In this document: in pieces, positions 24,855 through 36,813 of the stretch
Position numbering within the stretch: position 1 is the first letter of the stretch
Layout of the letters: every line of letters begins with the position of its first letter
Assembly (NCBI GenBank): GCA_951406725.2
Contig: OX597823.1
Location: 62,000,001 to 62,064,000, forward strand
Reading direction: 5' to 3'
DNA length: 64,000 nucleotides
DNA from: Octopus vulgaris
Taxonomy: Eukaryota
Position numbers and translations under genes: made by a program
The notes under the pieces: model-generated
Databases searched by the model: none
The model's input: the letters and a program-made list of their open reading frames with translations, nothing else
Told to the model about the DNA's origin: nothing

Positions 24855-25065
24855 TGCTTTCTACTTTAGGAACAAGCCCTTTAATTTTGAAAGAGGGGTT
24901 TAGTTGATTACATTGGCCCCAGTGTTCAGCTAATACTTTATCAAACCTTGAAAGGATGAAAGGTAAAGTTGACCTCAGTAGAATTTGAACTCAGAATGTA
25001 AACCCGGAAGAAATGCTGTGAATTATTTTGTCTGGTGTGCTAACAATTCTGCCAGCTTGCTGCCT
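24855..25065 (-). mobile_element. SINE A
   Basis: GAAAGGATGAAAGGTAAAGTTGACCTCAGTAGAATTTGAACTCAGAATG...AATTCTGCCAGCTTGCTGCC; (AAT)n at its 3' end. Confidence 0.85.
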
Positions 25066-26139
25066 AACAAAACCTGAGATAAAAAGAATAAATAATAATA
25101 ATAAACATTAAAATAAAAAAATAGAAACTAAAATAAAAATAAAACTTGGCTGTAGTCTGAAGAAATTAATATATCAGCTCACTGAGCAATGAATCAGTAA
25201 CTTGTTGTATGGTCTCTCTCTGAATGATATCTTGAAAGTCTAGCTGTAGTTAAATATTATTTTGATTGGATTATAAACTACTTTGGATTATAGAGGTTTC
25301 TTCTTTCCTTGCTAATCCCCCTACTGTACACATTGTTGATCACTAATACTTGTAGGTTTTACTAGATATTGTGTGTATGTGTGTGTGCTTTGATTTGATT
25401 TTCTAACTTTTACAAATAGTTTAAATCATTGTCCTATTATATAGCACGCTGATATATTCGCTTAGGACGTTAAATAATTGTTTTTCTTTTATATTCAATG
25501 CAAAAGATAAATGTCATGTTAACTTAGTTGCCATAGAAACTGCTTTATTGAAATCATTTAATTAATACTTTTGTTTGTTTTTGTTTTGCTCTCTTTTTTT
25601 TTTCTTTGCATATATCATATCTAATATTTCTCTTCATATGTTCTTATTGCAATATACCTTTTGTTGAAATGTCTATGAAATCAGTTTATATTTATTTGTT
25701 TACTAACTTCAATATAGGACTGTTAGGCCTTCAGAACCTTATATTATTTTATAGTGTTTCTGTAAACTGTAATGGCTGAGAGAGTAAATCAATTGACTGA
25801 AGCAGCATAAGGTTATGTGTTCATGTTGATGTATTGCTGTGTTTGTATAAATAAAAGAAATACGGTAGCATGTAGAAATTTAAATATCAGAGGATCGAGG
25901 CTTCCAGTACTATATGCACTGAAGGACAGTCAGTTTGTATTTTAAAACTAGATCTATTTTTTGTTCTTGGCATAAATTTTTATCTCTCAGTAACCTGGTA
26001 TATAAGTCTGTAAATTGGTACCATGAGGAGGTATTGGTACAGTTCATTGTTGTAAGCAACTAGAATGTGTCCATCGACCATTATTGTCTCGAGTTCTTAG
26101 AACTCATTTTGTCAGTTACCCAGTTTCCATTGCATGACT

Positions 26140-26315
26140 GAGATCACAACATTCCCATGAATAGGATGCCAGTCTCTCACAGGGTTACTCATTTACAGCT
26201 TAATGGACTGGAGCAATGAAACAAAGATGTTTTACCCAAGAACACAAGCATTGTCCAGTCTTGAAATTGAAACCATGATCTCACAATCATAAGTGCAACA
26301 ACTACTAGGCCACAC
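26140..26315 (-). mobile_element. SINE F (tRNA head + CORE-like segment)
   Basis: TTACTCATTTACAGCT..GACTGGAGCAATGAA..GAAATTGAAACCATGATC; matches 59280-59460 and the reverse of 39887-40020. Confidence 0.65.
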
Positions 26316-27151
26316 CCACATGCTTTTTCTGTAAGCAGCTAAAGCACTGAATAATCAATTGCTTGTTAATTTGCAATTATCGTCTAAAATTTACAGTAGA
26401 CTGGCATTCTATTTAGACTGGAGAGATGTCTCTCAACCATTTATTGTCATGAAATGTATTTTCAAAGAATAGCTGTAAGCTGTGCTTACAGGTCTATATA
26501 CCACTGATGAGATTCTGATAGCTATCTGAGAAATTCAGTTAAGGTATCTCTGATGCTATTCCTGTTTCCGTTCATGCTGCATTACAGGATAAGAATATTG
26601 CTTCTCTCATGCAACAGCTTAATATATCATTATCATTTTGATGCTGTATGAGTAGCTTCCAAGAAGCTGTTATGTGACCACATCTCAAAATTTCAGCTAT
26701 TCATCAATTACTCTTTATTTTTTATATATATTTCCAGGTCTATACCTAATCGATCCTTTATAATTCAGTTGGCTGAACAATGTTAATATAATATTATAGT
26801 TAAACAGTGTTGACTATTAAACAGCATTCATTTTGATAAATATTTCAGTCCCATGTAGCATCTGATTAGTTGAGATGGATGTCAGCTCTTCACTGCAACA
26901 AGTTTACATTCTGCAAACTTCAACTACACTAAGGAAAAGCTAGGAGAAAATTAACAGGGTTTAACTGCATAGAATACGACAAAACCAAATTAAAGGAGCC
27001 AGTCTTCAGTTAAATAATTGTAGTCATAGTCTAATAGAATACTTTTGATACAAAATAAAGCACTAAATGTATCCAAGGCACACAGATCTGTACTTGTTTG
27101 TGTAGCGAAAGCATACAAAAATGAAACCACTAAAATAGCAACAACAATAAA

Positions 27152-27720
27152 AATAATAATGGTTTCAAATTTTGGATCAAGGCCAGCAATTTTGAGGGAG
27201 GAGGTGATGTCAATTAAGCTGACTCTAGTGTTCATCTGGTACTTATTTGATTGATGCTAAAAAGATGAAAGGCAAAGTCAGCCTTTGTGGAATTTGAACT
27301 CAGAACATAAAGACTGCTAAGCATTTTGCCTGCAATGTTAATGATTTTGCCAGCTCGTTATCTTAATAATAATAATAATCCTTTCTACTAAAGGCACAAG
27401 GCCTAAAATTTGGCAGGAGGGGACTAGTCGATTACATTGACCTCAATGTTTTGCTGGGACTTAATTTATCAACCCCAAAAAGGATGGAAGGCAAAGTCAA
27501 CCACAGCAGTATTTGAACCTAGAATGTAGCAATGAGGGAAATACCATTTAACATTTCACCCAGCATGCTAACAATTCTGCCAGCTCACTGTCTTGATGAT
27601 GATGATGATAATAATACTAATAATAATACTAATAACCGTTTATAATTCTCTATTATAAAGCACAAAGCCAAAAATTTGAAGAGATTATGTGAGTTTGATT
27701 ATATACTGATACTTCATGTC
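27152..27720 (-). mobile_element. Head-to-tail SINE A array (two full copies plus a tail) separated by (AAT)n/(GAT)n
   Basis: Copies at ~27161-27364 and ~27380-27594; tail fragment at ~27645-27700. Confidence 0.85.
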
Positions 27721-29357
27721 AAATACCTGTCAAGCATTGTGATTCTGAAACCTTTTCTGAAATATTTGAGTAATGTAATGATGGTTAATAACACACTTAA
27801 TCTCTCTACTACTGTTAGAGGATCTGAAATGTTTTGCAGTATTTACCTATGGCCCTTTAAGCCCAGAGTTCAAATCACAACTTAAACTTTCGCACTTTTT
27901 GGTTCAATAAAATGAAATATCAGTTAGTACTGAGGCTGATTTACATTTTTATAAGGCATCTTCTATGTGAATAGGATTATAATAGGAGTCTGTTAATTTA
28001 TTGGGTGGTTACAGTTAGGATTTCAGTGTCTGTTTATCTGTCTTGAAAGGGCTTCATCTGATATTGGAAAACATCACTCCAAAATATAAGCTAATTCTTA
28101 ATGGTTTGTTGGAAATCTTTTGAGAAGTTTCATGCTTGGAGCTTATGTTATTTAACCAGTTAATGATGTTCAGTGTATAGTACCTATGTTGAAAATGAAT
28201 TCTTTTTTCATTTCAGATTGACATGTTCAATAACAGAAGTTTATTAATATATCATTAAGATCTAGTGAATAATATATTTCCATGTTCTTAAACTTGAATG
28301 GTATCAGTAACAGATACATCTTCTGACATACAAATCAACATAGTATATAGTGTGATTATGGAATGTATACATTCAAAAATCATCACAATCTTTCTAAATC
28401 TTGTTGCATTTCACATGGAAATTTTGGTCCTCCAAAGTCATCATGGTGTTCAAGTTAACTTTTTTTGGCTGTAAATGTTGTTCTAAGAAATTCTATTTGT
28501 GTGCTAGAAAATAAGGTATTATAATATTTTCTCGTGTTTTCTTTTTTTCTGTCTTAAAAATATCTTTCCTTGCATAACCTCAATATTTCCACTAAATCAG
28601 GTAAAAAAAAAATGGACTGCTTCATTAACAGTGCTAAAATGCCTTTCAATTTCTTTCAAATCATATTGAATTCTAGCAAGCATTTTAATTAAACTTTATG
28701 AGAAAAATAATAATAAATTGTAGAATCTTGTCTCTATCTCATTATAAATCTCTTGTGCATTCTTTGATTATTACATACTGAAAACCAAATATGTATAATT
28801 CTATATTGATATCAGTAGCTCACATGTTAATAAATTACATCCACATTGTCTTGTATACAATATCTGCAGTTATGAGCAAACCAGAATGATTACTTCATAT
28901 AACAAGTCTAGTTCAAAATTGACCAGAGGGTAATATGCATAATATTCTTAATGACAAGCAAATGTCATTAATAAAATAATTTTCTTTCTTACACAAAGAA
29001 ATGTTCTTGGAAGAATTATTTTGTGTATTCCAGATGTGATTAACTCATTACTAGTGTATGGCAAATGTGTGCAAAAATAGCATCAGAGTAGGCCTGTATT
29101 TTAATTTAGTCAGAGTTGAAAGGATAATGCTCTTAACCATTTTCAGGACTTCAGTGATAGGTGGGAAGAAGAAAGGAAATTATCTTCAAACCAGACACTT
29201 GACCTTGCAACAGGATAGGTACCCAAAGACCAGATTGTGTTGAGGCAGGCACCAAATTTAGTCAACAGCCTGAGAATAGGGACAGTCAGAATTCACTGTT
29301 ACTTAGAACTAAAATTCCAGCTTTGTAAGTGTAATTAATGAGCAGATTTGTGTCTTT

Positions 29358-29715
29358 GTTAATGTGGCTGTGTAGTTAAGAAGATTGCTTCACAACAACA
29401 CAGTTTGGGTTCAGTCTCACTGCAAGGCATCTTGGGAAAGTGACTAATGATTTGTCTATGAAATTTGGTAGACAGAAACTGTAGAAGCCTTTGTGTGAGT
29501 GTGTGTGTATGTGCTTGCATCTGTCTGTCTTTACAGTGATACCATGTAAAATCTTGTACCCTTTGTTTATATCCCATAATGCAACAGTTTGACAGTTTGA
29601 AATTGACAAAATAAGAACCAGCTATTGAAAGTACTAATCTCAGTATGATCAACTAAACCCTTTGAGAGAGTGTCACAGCATGGTTGCAGTCCAGTGACTG
29701 AAACAAGCAAAAGAA
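29358..29715 (+). mobile_element. SINE B, near full length
   Basis: GTGGCTGTGTAGTTAAG..GGGTTCAGTCTCACTG..internal (TG)n..CAGCATGGTTGCAGTCCAGTGACTGAAACAAGCAAAAG. Confidence 0.8.
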
Positions 29716-29934
29716 TACATATGCAACTCATTTGAGAGTATACTGAAATTGCATTTACACTGTGTTTATGATTGTGATTGTATGTAATTGTATATAACAG
29801 TTATTTGTGTAGAGTACAATTCCAACAGCTTCCAGTTGTGTTATTCATTGGGTTGCTTTTCTTTCTTATTTATTCTCAGTCTCCTCTTCTAATTAAATGC
29901 AGACATCATCATTATTATCATGATTATTATTCCA

Positions 29935-30632
29935 ACTCATTACATTCTGAGTTCAGATTCCACCAGGGTCAACTTAGTCTTTCATCCTTTTGACATCCAT
30001 TTAATAATTACCAATGTAATCGACTAGCAAGCTGACAGAAGTGTTAGAGAACCAGAAGAAAAATTGTTTTGCCGCATTCATTCCCATTCCTCATGTTCTG
30101 AGGTCAACTTTCCCTTTCATTCTTCTAAGATCAATGAGATAAAAGTTCATGCCAAGTACTGGGGTTAACGGTTTCAACTACACCCTCTCCCCTCAAAATT
30201 GCTGGCCTTGTGTCTAAAATAGAAATTATTAGCAGGCCGGGCAAAATGCTGAGGTGTATTCTGTCCATCTTTACATTCTGAATTCAAATTCCGCCAAGGT
30301 CAGCTTTGACTTTCATCCTTTTGGGGTCAATAAAATAAGTACCAGTTGAACACTTATCCCTCCCCTGAATTATCTGGCCTTGTGCCAAAATTTGAAACCA
30401 TTATTATTAGTTGTATTAAGCTGGCAGAATCATTAGCATACCGGGCAAAATACTTAGCAGCATTTCATCTGTCCTTACAGTCTGAGTTCAAATTCCACCG
30501 AGGCCAGCTTTGCCTTTCATCCTTTCAGGTTCAATGAAATAAGTACCAGTTATGTACTGGAGTCAATATAATCGACTAGCTCCCTCCCCCACAATTTCAG
30601 GCCTTGTGTCTATAGTAGAAAGAATTATTATT
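29935..30632 (+). mobile_element. Four-copy head-to-tail SINE A array
   Basis: Core TTCTGAGTTCAAATTCC..GGTCA.CTT..CTTTCATCC recurs at ~29945, ~30097, ~30276 and ~30481. Confidence 0.85.
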
Positions 30633-32892
30633 AGTTGTATTGCATCACTGGAGATAGTCTCTTGATTTGCTTCTAACATATTTTGTTGTTAAGAGTGCTT
30701 TGTAGGGCTCTGTAGTGTAGCTACATAGGGACATGTAACATAGCCTGTCTTATTCTGATTATATTGGTTCATCTTATTGGTAAATGTATGCAGTTGGACA
30801 CGGTACCTCATAAATAATTAATTTAATAACTCTCTCTCTATTTTGGATAGTTCAATTCCTTTTTTGACTGTCAACGATCTTTGGTTGAAATAGCTTGGTC
30901 CAAATTAAGAATCTTTTGTAGCGACAATACTTTAATGGTGCTTCGTTGTGGCTGCTCAGTTTTTTTGTCATTTTGTTAACTGACTTAAGAGCAGCTTGGT
31001 TTGTCTGCCAAGGAAATCGACTTGCCATTCTGTAAATATATTTTTCTATCCTGTTCTCAAAGATTTTGTGTATAGTTTAAATCACCACTTTCCACTTTGA
31101 AATTCAAATATTGCTAGTAAAGACTTTTCCTTTCATTCTGTCTGGTTTTACAGGATTATTTCTCAGTGCATTGAGTCTACTTAATGTTTATATGTAAATA
31201 AATTTAATTTGTAAACAATTTACCTGCGCCAGACTGCCTATAAAACCAAAGTGTTTATATCTAAATCAAAACTTTCCATCATAATCTTCAGCAAGAAATT
31301 GCTGTAAAATTGTTTAAAATAACATTTTCATAATGTATATATGAGCTATTTTACTAAATTCTTCAAAATACATGATTATTTTTTGAAATTAATTGAAAAA
31401 TATAGGCAGCATATTTTATTAGAAACATTAAGAAAGTGTTAATCTCTATTCCAGCAAGTGTGATTTAGACTATGCTTCCTCAGTGAGATAAGAATATGGC
31501 CAAAATATGTCTAAAGTTATTTCCTGTGCATTATCAGACAAAAACAAGATTATACTAGACATTGAATAATATGTTTTCTTTCTTCGCTACAAATTTATAG
31601 TTAGCTTTTCAATTCTTTATACATTAACACTAACTTACCTATTTAAAAACAAGAATAAAGGAATGCACTTGTGGTCGATTTAATTCACCATACTGCCTTT
31701 CCTTGCTCATTGACTCTCTGCCATATACACTTGGTGTATGATCTGCAGTCATTTGAAACACAACACCATCAATAAACTAGTTTCTCTGCTAAAATACAAG
31801 TAGCTCTGCATTCGTTGCTTTAACTAAATGTCATACAAGCTCTGTTTTGAGATTTTCTTTATCCTTCAGTGAATTTTAGGGCGTGTTTTATAAAAAAACA
31901 TTAAGACTCTTTTTATCCTTCTTTTTTTGTCACTTTTGGCTGTTCAAATAGCTTTTACAAAATATCAATTTTTTTTTAACAAGTGAGGTAAGATAGGAAT
32001 GTTATGATGTTCATATTTTTCAAAATAGTTTAAAGGCAAGATGACTAAATGAATAAGGTCTCTTGTGTGAGTAAGTCTAAATCTATTACACATGATTTGT
32101 GATGTTTCTTGGTAAAGCACTAAAACACTGTTTTTTCAACATTGCTGTGGTGTCTCTTTAGCTGTCAGAAATAGTTGCAAGATCAACTGAGAATCGTAGC
32201 TGCAATAGACCAGCAAACATCCTTCTTTTATATGTAGAGGTTTGCATGATGTCATCCACTTCAAGCCATGAAAGTGGATTTAAGCACAGCCCCCACCCCT
32301 CCCCCACTACCTCCTTCAGTCTCAGATAACCTGTTTTTATGGACTTCTGAGATGGTGGCGGAAAGAAAATAAAGAAGGAACCAGAGACCTGATCCTTAAA
32401 TTTTTTTGGACTCATGATGCATTTTGTTGTTTTAAGTAGTGTAAGAGAAAATCTTGGTTTTCAACTGAAATCATGTTTGGAGACTTAGTGTATGTATGTG
32501 TGTATATATATATATATTCGCCATGATAGATTGCTAGCCACTACACACACACACACACACACACCCACACATACATACATATATATATATATATATCTTT
32601 TAGTCAGGAGGAAGAGCAGTACCTAAAACTCTTTATAGGGTTTTCAAGACTGGGAGGAAAGGAGGAAGGAAGGTATCCTCAAAGCAGAGATCCAACCTGG
32701 AAGCTTCCAATAGAATGAACTCTGCTAAAGGTACTTAAGGTGTCAAGTGATTGCATTAAATTGAGCGACTGATAACTTATTTGCCAGCATACCAGTTGGC
32801 TTAGTATCTTGTGTAAACATTCACACATTGTCACTATCTTTCCAAATTCTGCTGCATTTTGCATAGAATTTTTTATTCCTCTGAAGTCATCT

Positions 32893-32976
32893 TGGTGTAT
32901 AAGTCAACCTGCCTTAATTTTGTCTGTAAGTTATTATGGTCTATAAAATTTGACTTGCATACCAGAAAATACAGTA
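32893..32976. mobile_element. Possible Tc1/mariner-superfamily MITE end
   Basis: GGTGTATAAGTCAA ... TTGACTTGCATACC imperfect inverted pair ending in AGAAAATACAG-TA. Confidence 0.35.
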
Positions 32977-33085
32977 AATCTACTATCCAAGTAGAAGATC
33001 ATTGTGAGATTTGAACTCAGAATGCAAAGAGCCAGAACAAATACTGTTAGGCATCCAGTCCACATATCCAACATCTGGGATAATC

Positions 33086-33715
33086 TTTTATCCTATACTT
33101 GTTTCAGTCATTTGACTGTGGCCATGCTAGGTCACTGCCTTTAAGAACTTTTAGTCGAATGAATTGACCTGAGTACTTTTTATTTTTTCAAGCCTGGTAT
33201 TTATTTTATCAGCCTCTTTTACTGAACTCTATATTATGGGAGACATAAACACATCAGCACTAATTGTCAAGTGGTGGTGGGGAGACAAACACAGACCCAA
33301 AAGCAACCCCCACCGCCACATATATATGTGACAAACTTCTCTCAGTTTCTTATTTCTTTATTGCCCACAAGGAGCTAAACAAGGACAGACAAAGGGATTA
33401 AGTCGATTACATTGACCCCAGTGCGTAACTGGTACTTCATTTATCGACCCCGAAAGGATGAAAGGCAAAGTCAACCTTGGCGGAATGTAATGTCAACCTC
33501 AGAATGTAATGGCAGACGAAATACTGCTAAGCATTTCGCCCGGTGTGCTAACGTTTCTGCCAACTTAGTTTCTGTCTACCAAATCCACTGACAAGGCTTT
33601 GGTTGGCCTGAAGCTTTAATAGAAGACACTTGCTCAAGGTAACACGCAATGGGACTGAACCCAAAGGCATGTAGTTGGGAAGCAGCCTTCTTAACACACA
33701 GCCATGCCTGCACCT
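33086..33715 (-). mobile_element. SINE B with a nested SINE A variant (33350-33563)
   Basis: Reverse SINE B tail CTTGTTTCAGTCATTTGACTGTGGCCATGCT and head to 33715; insert flanked by CTCAGTTTC/CTTAGTTTC. Confidence 0.85.
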
Positions 33716-33886
33716 ATGGTAATTTTTTAATTTTATTTTGTATCACAGCAATAAAGACAAAAGGCAAGGTTAACTTCAGTGAGATTTGAACTCAGAAGCA
33801 GAGAATCAAAATGAATAGTACAAGGCATTCTGTCTGATATTCTTATAACTTTGCCAATTTGCCAGCCATGATTCCATCATAGAAAT

Positions 33887-34515
33887 CATCATCATCATTG
33901 TTTATCATCCGCTTTCCATGCTGGCATGGGTTTGACTGAGGACTGGCAAGCCAGAAGGCTGCACCAGGCTCCAATCTGATCTGGCAAAGTTTCTACAGCT
34001 AGATGCCCTTCTTAATGCCAACCACTCCAAGAGTGTAGTGGGTGCTTTTACGTGCCACTGGCACGAGGGCCAGTCAGGCAGTTCTTGCAACAACCACGCT
34101 CAAAAGGTGTTTTTTACAGAGAGCCAGTCTGGCGGCACTGGCAACAACCATGCTCAAATGTTGTTTTTCACATGCCACCGGCACATGTGCCAGTAAGGCG
34201 ATGCTGGCAACGATCATGCTCGAATGGTGCTTTTTATGTGCCACCGGCATGGGAGCCAACTCATGGCCCTGGCAACGATCACGCTTGGATGTGCCAATCA
34301 TGAGTGCCAATCAGGCGGTACTATTATCGGCCATGTCAGCAATTTTAATTTTACTTGCCTCAATAGGTCTTCGCAAGCAAAGTTTGTTGTCCAATGAATG
34401 AGGGGTACTCATAAGTGGGCTGGTTACACCCCACGCTCAGACATGCTTTTAATGTTCCACTGACACGAGTGCCGGTCAGATGGTACTGTCATCAGCCACA
34501 TCAGCGATTTTGATT
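33887..34515 (-). mobile_element. SINE C with internal tandem GTGCC(A/G)GTGGCA(C/T)GTAAAAAGCACC modules
   Basis: (CAT)n then TCCGCTTTCCATGCTGGCATGGGTT..GATGCCCTTCTTAATGCC; repeated modules at 34040-34480; explains ORFs 33905-34401. Confidence 0.85.
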
Positions 34516-35301
34516 TAAGAATCTTAGTAAAGAATTTATAAAATAATTAGGCTTCCAACCTTCATCTTCTGTTGCCACTGACGAGAAAACACTCACCATT
34601 GCATATTTACAGGTGACAGCAATTAAGCTTCACCGTTCAATAATCACCTGGAGTAAGTTTACCTTGCTAAATGAGGTTAAGCTTATTAGTGGCGTGCTTG
34701 CTGACCTGACCTTTCACAACTAACTAAGCTTTTAACATAGCATGGTAGTATGTTTTTTGTTTTATTTACCTTTCAGCCATTGTTAAAATCCTCTCATTTA
34801 TTTTCCTTCTCACCTTCAGTGCACTTGAGTGAGTGAGTGAGTGTGTGTGTGTGCATGAGTGTGAGAGAGCATGTCCATTGCTTTCACCAGTTGGTTTTAA
34901 AGATCAGATTCCACCCCTATCAACATTGTTTATGTTTACCAAAATTTTTCAATTAAAAACAATCATTTTGGTGTTATCTATCTTGCTTCTTGTTTTTGAT
35001 TTTAAACACTTCTATGGAGAGTTCAAATGTAATTAATTGCATGGATAATTTTAATTAATTGAAGATTCCTAGGTTACTATATTAGTTTGTGAAATTCTAC
35101 AACACGCACAAACACATACACACACATGCACACACACATACACACATACAAACATACATGCATACATACACACACACACACGTACACACAATTTAAGCTG
35201 AATATTTATCTTGTGATTCCAATTTAATTAAATCATTTACTCTATGACATTTATCAAGTACTTTTCCCTCATTTGCAGAACATGTAAATTTATCTACCTA
35301 T

Positions 35302-35333
<32 letters not shown>

Positions 35334-35529
35334 CACTCACTATTGAGTATATTTTGGTTTCAGCAATGTCATCATCATTGACATCCACATTTCTGTACTT
35401 GCATGAGTCAGAAGGAATGATAATGATGATGATAATAAAAATGATAATGCTTTCAAGTTTTGGCACAAGGCCAGTAATTTTGGAGGTGGGAGTCAGTCAA
35501 TAATAATTATTATTATTAATTATTAGCAA

Positions 35530-35748
35530 GGCAATGAGCTGGCTGAATTGTTAGCACATCGGGCAAAACACTTAGTGTTGTCTTGTTTGTCTTTACATTT
35601 TGAGTTCAAATTCCACCATGGTTGACTTTGCTTTTCATCCTTTCGGGGTCGATAAATTAAGTACCAGTAAAACACTGGGGGTTGATGTAATCAACTAGTC
35701 CCTTCCCCAAAAATTTTAGGCCTTGTACCTTTAGTAGAAAGGATTAAT
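35530..35748 (+). mobile_element. SINE A, full length
   Basis: GAGCTGGCTGAATTG..GAGTTCAAATTCC..TTCATCCTTTCGGGGTCGATAAATTAAGTACCAG..GTAGAAAGGATTAATT. Confidence 0.9.
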
Positions 35749-35797
35749 TATTAGCAACAGAAGCCGTATTAAATACCAAAAGGTAATCACTCTATCC

Positions 35798-35957
35798 AAC
35801 TTAACATGGATGCCATGTTAAAACACTGAATTGCATGACTGATGAATTTCCTCTGCTATGATCTGTTTGGTTTTAAGCACCAAACACATATAGGAGATGG
35901 CCTCTCTAGGCTAATAATGCCGTATTCAGTGTTCTAACACAGCATCTATGTTAAGTT
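35798..35957. repeat. ~160-bp palindromic element (MITE-like hairpin)
   Basis: AACTTAACATGGATGCCATGTTAAAACACTGAAT pairs with ATTCAGTGTTCTAACACAGCATCTATGTTAAGTT; inner stem TGTTTGGT/ACCAAACA. Confidence 0.75.
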
Positions 35958-35967
35958 TTAAAATAAT

Positions 35968-36300
35968 TGTTTCAGATTTTGGCATAAAGTCACTATTTTG
36001 AGGTGAAGGTGTTAGTTGATTACACTGACCCCTACCCCCAATGCTTATCTGACTGGTGCTTTATTTTATTAACCCTGGAGAGACAAAAGCATAGTTGACC
36101 TCTAGATTTAAACTCAGAATGTCAATGATGATGACAAAAACCACAACACATTTTACTCAATGGCCTAATGATTCTGCCAGCTTGCCATTCTTTCATAAGC
36201 ACTAGGCCTTGAAATGTTTGAGGGGTGGGGATCAGTTGGTTATATTAACCCCAGTAATTTAACTGGTACTCTCTTTTTTTCATTATTGACCTTCAAAAGA
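35968..36300 (-). mobile_element. Two SINE A copies (minus)
   Basis: GTTGACCTCTAGATTTAAACTCAGAATG..TTCTGCCAGCTTGCC, then a second tail with ACCCCAGTAATTTAACTGGTACT. Confidence 0.7.
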
Positions 36301-36403
36301 TAATATCAGTACAACTTTGCATACAGCCTTTTGTAAATAAATGGACCTCACTCATGTTGATGAGTAATTCAGTCATTCAATAAACAGAACTATTTACTCA
36401 TTG

Positions 36404-36430
<27 letters not shown>

Positions 36431-36434
<4 letters not shown>

Positions 36435-36770
36435 TAGTTTTATTTTTATATCATGCTTTCACTTCACTACCGAGCACAGTTCTGTGTGCCTTGGGCATGT
36501 GCTGTGATTTATTGTGATTCTCTGATGGTTACTGTATTGAAAGTGTTTTGCATAGGATGTGTGCAGTGCCCAGTAGTGCAATTTTCTGTATGTATTTGTC
36601 TGAATATTTTTTTATCATACCTAATGCACCTACTATGATAGGAATTGTTTCTGTTTTTAATATTCCACATTCGAGTTACCTCTATTTCCAGGTCCTTGTA
36701 TTTTGAAAGTTTCTCCATTTCTTTTAGAGACACGCTATCTGCTGGTACTGATACATCTTTTAGAGACACA

Positions 36771-36772
<2 letters not shown>
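36431..36772 (-). pseudogene. Dong/R4-type LINE 3' fragment (REL endonuclease) inside (TAA)n
   Basis: DVSVPADSVSLKEMEKLSKYKDLEIEVTRMWN..TIPIIVGALGMIKK..QKIALLGTAHILCKTL; pure (TAT)n at 36404-36430 and 36773-36813. Confidence 0.88.

Positions 36773-36813
<41 letters not shown>

Noticed and set aside
28217-28300. Possible exon after TCTTTTTTCATTTCAG
   Set aside because: Donor GTATCA is weak, and such acceptors arise by chance in T-rich DNA
33905-34401. Overlapping GC-rich ORFs, and a CRISPR-like repeat-spacer appearance
   Set aside because: These are internal modules of SINE C; repeats are degenerate, spacers are related to each other, the context is eukaryotic and no cas genes are present
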